Assembly (NCBI GenBank): GCA_003614675.1
Contig: ML002345.1
Span: 1 to 39,934 of the forward strand
Length of the DNA: 39,934 bases
From: Dimargaris cristalligena
Lineage: Eukaryota
Reading direction: 5' to 3'
Shown: positions 35,757 to 39,934 of the stretch, in pieces
How positions within the stretch are numbered: position 1 is the stretch's first letter
Layout: every line of letters starts with the position of its first letter
Position numbers and translations under genes: made by a program
The notes under the pieces: model-generated
What the model was told of the DNA's origin: nothing
Seen by the model: only the letters and a program-made list of their open reading frames with translations
Databases searched by the model: none

Positions 35757-38700
35757 CCACTCCCTTTCCCCCCCAACTCACTGCTCTAAGAGAGCCCGCG
35801 AGGGTACCCCTCCTTCATGCTATCCGAGGGCCAGATGTGCTTCATACTACCACCTCCTTCGTAGTAACGGTTTATTTTTGCAGGGCCGGATTTTGTTCGA
35901 CCTTCATTCCCTACGACCAGGGAAGACGCCTCTCACCGACGCCGGCGTCCGATCTCTCCCCCCCTCTCTATCATCCCCCCGTCCATTTAATAATAGTTTG
36001 AAAATTGGACCATATTTGTATTTTTCCTCCTCCTCTCTTTTCTCCCAACCCAATCTGCCCTCTTCTTTACCATTGCTCTATCAAAACCCACCCTAGACTG
36101 TCAAACCGCCTAAAAATTTGGACGGAGTAAGTGATGGCAGCATGGCCTTCCATACTCAGTATAACCACCACCCCACCTTCCTCTCCATCTATACGGATAA
36201 TACCCACTTTGTTTCATTATTTTTATACTAGTTAGCTTATGCCCCTGCTTCAATTCATTTAGTACACCTTTTACCACCCTCTTTTGCTCTCTCGCTCTGT
36301 CTCCCTTTTCAACTGACTCTCATTCCTTCATTGTATATTTAGAAATATCACTTTATCTCATCCATTCACTCTCCCATATCTGCATCCGGTTTGGCTGTGG
36401 AATTCACCCACCCATACACACACGGCACCTCCTCTTCTTCCGCCCCCCTCCCCTTTATAAAATCAATGCACCGTGCTACTCTCCCTAACACAAGTCCGGT
36501 ATTTTTCCGCCTGCCGGTTGGTTTAGCTTGGGTCGCGCATATTGCACATCACCACCACCTTATCCGCTTTGCACTCAATAAAATTGTCCAGTTGAACATC
36601 TATATCACCTCCGGACATCCTGTGCCCCCCTACACACACATGTACATATATATCCTACATACATGATGTACTTTTTGGTCTGCGGGGAACGCTAGGAAAT
36701 TTCCTCCCAAAATTGGAACTTAACTCCGTTACATACCCGACCCTGGGGCCATGTCATCCTGTTAAATTTAGGTACCACCAGCATTAGATTAGTTTCTGTG
36801 TGGTTTTTTTTTGGGGGGGGGGGAGAGGATTGGGGCTGGTTGGTGGAAAGATTCGGGCCTTCATTGCGCGGACGTAATGAAACAATGGGTAAAATGGGAC
36901 TCAGGGGATATTCCGTTGTTGTAAAAGGTAACCCCCCTTATATTTATCCACCAACCCCATTTGGCCTTGGTGCTTCATCAACTTACTTGCCCAGGGAGAA
37001 TAGTGCCACCCTTCACAGGTTCGAAAACTCGGCTAATCCTGTAATTGGAAGCAATGTTTTTAATGTGCGAAGGCAGGGGGGGGGTGGAGAGGGGCTGATC
37101 CCGTCTATTGGGTAAACAGATAGCAGACAACGTACTGCCTCTTGGCCCAATAAATCAGTTGTAAATGTACAGTTCTATTCTTTACAATTAAACCTCTTCC
37201 GACACGAATATTGTAAGCAACAGCCTTACTTGGTTTGGCCAATTATCCGGCTAATCTATAGCACTATTCAAATCCGGGACTGTTCAGCCATCTTCAAGTA
37301 TAAGTAACTAAATGTTGGAAATGTCCCGGTGTTGCTAGCTAGCTACCTTCACAGCCCCCACTCCTTTAAGCTTTAAATTCAGGTCCAGGCGTGCCATTTG
37401 TGCTCAGCGACCATGGACTTGCGGGAAACGTATCCCTCTCAAGGAGAGCCGGGCGAACGTAGAACTTCCACTCACTCCCACCCTTGCTAATTGTATCTTG
37501 TTTATGCTGTGCCCTACTCACCGGATATTTCCTTATTACTGAATGTGAAGGAAAAAAAGAGATGGCTAGCATCCCTTCACTTTTTCCCGCATGGCGTACC
37601 GGAGCCCAAATTAATATGACCAAATAGGGGGAATAGAATGAGGGAGATGGGAGGGGGCGGCTAAAACTTCTGAAATACAATGAGATTTGTTAAAAATATT
37701 TTAAAAAAATTGTCGGGCGACGGCTAATCCGATAAAATCCTAGTTTCCATACACGCCTACCCACAATCACACTCACGCACAGCCACGCGGCTGGAAGTCG
37801 GTGGAATGTCGTACTGCGAATATCGAAGGTAGGCACATCTTGAGGTTGTTGACTGAATATTTATCAGTGAAACAAAATGTGATTTCGGAAACGGTCGTTG
37901 ATGACCCGTTTATCCAATTCCCTACTGCTTTGCTGATACTCCCGACTCACAGGAAACCCCTTCCCCCTCTCCCCTCTTAAACCCAATGATAAATTTATCA
38001 TTTGGCCCCCTACTGCATCGCTTCCATTTATCTGGGTTAATTTAGACTAATTTGAACCTACCGACCGTAAGGACCAGCGGGATTCCCTAACGGATTATTT
38101 AATCCACCTTGGGTTCACTTTACCCTTAATTCCCGCCCAATATTGAAATGATTAATCCGGATCTAACTATAAGCCAGTAGTATATACACACTTTAGCCTG
38201 TATTTCAGAATGTGAAATATATTGCCGATACGTGGCCAAGTACCTGAATGAAAGTTATTGTCCTGGGAGGCTCTCCTCTCCCCTATCTTACCTCCCCCTG
38301 GCAGGCTATCTCACCCGTATCCACACACTCGCATAACCCCTCTCATTCCCAGACCATGGTGGTAATACAATTCAAATACACGACCCTTACCATGACAGAC
38401 CAGCTGATGCAACGACTCGCTGATTTAGTTGGTTCTAGTGATTTTACTAGTATATATACATATATTCATACACCGGGTATGTGTCTTCCACCCCCAACTT
38501 CCCCCTCCCCCCCCAAAAAAAAAGAAAAACAGATAGCGTGCGGCAAGGATTGCCCGAGGGGACACAATATGAGAGAATAAAGAAGAGTATAGTCGGCTGA
38601 ACGCAACTTAACGTCAAGTGACTCTCTTCCCCATTCTCATATACATTCGCTGACTGTACGTTAGGTCGGCGGTAATATAGTCAGCAGGTGGGTAAATTAT

Positions 38701-39719
38701 TTGCAATGTCCTTATGAACACAAGAACTAACTAGAACACTGGGTGGGTATGCGCTGTCCAGTGTAGGCGAATTCTTTGTGGAAGCGGGCGCAGAGAAGCA
38801 ATAACGGATATTGATGGAAATGATTAGCGAGTCATCTTCCGAAAAAAGTGATCGACGAATATAGGATCCAAGGCCGCCGTACTTTAGTCGAATAAATAGG
38901 CCTAAACAAAACATACAACAGAATTAGAGAGGCGTTATCGACCAGATCCCTTTTCAAGTCCGCTTCCCACCCGGGGGTATACAGGTAGGACGAATCGGGG
39001 GGGAAGGAATTTTTCCTCCACATCTCCAAATTAACGAACAATGCCTTGGCGGTAGCATATCCATGTGTCGGTGTGGGTCTGTGGATTGGGGAGGGGTTTC
39101 AGTAACTTTCTTTAATACTCCCGCTGGATAATGTAGGCATCGTAAGCGTTCACTAGTAAAAGGAGGGAATTTTCCCATTGATTAGCGGGTTGTTGGTTCC
39201 CAGCTGACCTTTGTTTGGTTGGGTGTGACGACGGAGGATTTCTAACCTGGAAACCCGGCAAACAGAAATCGGAAGCACTTGCGCGCTCAAACCTTTTCCA
39301 TCCCTTTCACTAACTCCACTAGACTATACAGAATAATAGCTTATGATTTTCAATTGATATCCTTCTTTAATGTGTAGCTCAAAATGAGTTTGAGTTCTCC
39401 TTACTAATACACAGGGTGATTGGCATTATCCGCTGAAGATCATTTTATGCGTAATTATTGTACAGTAATGTAATATCAACTAAATATTTCCGCAAACTAA
39501 CATTATCTAAACCCGGTGGGTTTTCCAAAGCTAATTACTTTAGTATAAGTGGGTTAATCGCGAAGATCAAAATCTTAATGGGCGGAGCTTGGGCAATGAG
39601 GCTGTAAAGTGGGCACTAAGGAAGCAAAAATTCGTTTCCTGACTACACATAAACAGGGTGGATTACAGGATAAATCTCTCTACCCAATAAAGTAAGGTTA
39701 AAAAGACAAAAAGGAGACT

Positions 39720-39791
39720 CTCCGATACGGGGAATCGAACCCCGGCCGTCGCGGTGAAAGCGCGAAATCCTAACCATTGGACCATATCGGA
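39720..39791 (-). tRNA. tRNA-Glu (anticodon TTC), intronless
   Basis: The reverse complement is TCCGATATGGTCCAATGGTTAGGATTTCGCGCTTTCACCGCGACGGCCGGGGTTCGATTCCCCGTATCGGAG. Acceptor stem TCCGATA/TATCGGA, anticodon arm TCGCG-CTTTCAC-CGCGA, T-run terminator downstream. Confidence 0.97.
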
Positions 39792-39934
39792 ATCTTATTG
39801 TTGTTGTGGTGTGGCAGAGTGACTAATATAATAATAGGCGAGAATGCCTTATTATCAAAAGATATAGTAAAATCGGACTCAAGATAACTGTAGGCAAAAC
39901 TGCCGGTACAGTTCAGAAGAATGAAAAAAGAGTG

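Noticed and set aside
26087-39791. Each microprotein gene is followed 4-6 kb downstream by a tRNA for an acidic residue (Asp, Glu), suggesting a segmental duplication
   Set aside because: The tRNAs are different isotypes on opposite strands, and I see no flanking similarity. Coincidence is sufficient.
1-39934. CRISPR arrays, rRNA, intact transposons, telomeric arrays
   Set aside because: I saw no repeat-spacer periodicity, rRNA signature, transposase/RT ORF or tandem TTAGGG array.

Overview
Eukaryotic, intron-containing DNA that looks fungal; an early-diverging lineage is plausible but is my inference. The first 8.5 kb is gene-dense: an FKBP12-type prolyl isomerase (3 exons), YAF9 (3 exons), an orphan single-pass Cys-rich membrane protein, a PEP7/VAC1 (rabenosyn-5) FYVE gene, and YOP1 (2 exons). 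The PEP7 second exon is interrupted by an in-frame TAA. The remaining ~31 kb has no recognisable conserved protein gene. It holds tRNA-Asp(GTC), tRNA-Glu(TTC) and two isolated, intronless, same-strand microprotein genes (78 and 87 aa). Both microproteins end in L-[DE]-T-I-x-E-D-x-x-E-stop, a match to the PP2A-B56 LxxIxE docking motif, and this pair is the best candidate for an undescribed system. Other points of interest are pocket substitutions in FKBP12 (F46S, Y82F, G28S), a micro-exon locus near 25.7-26.0 kb, and a possible decayed spliced gene near 27.5-28.1 kb.
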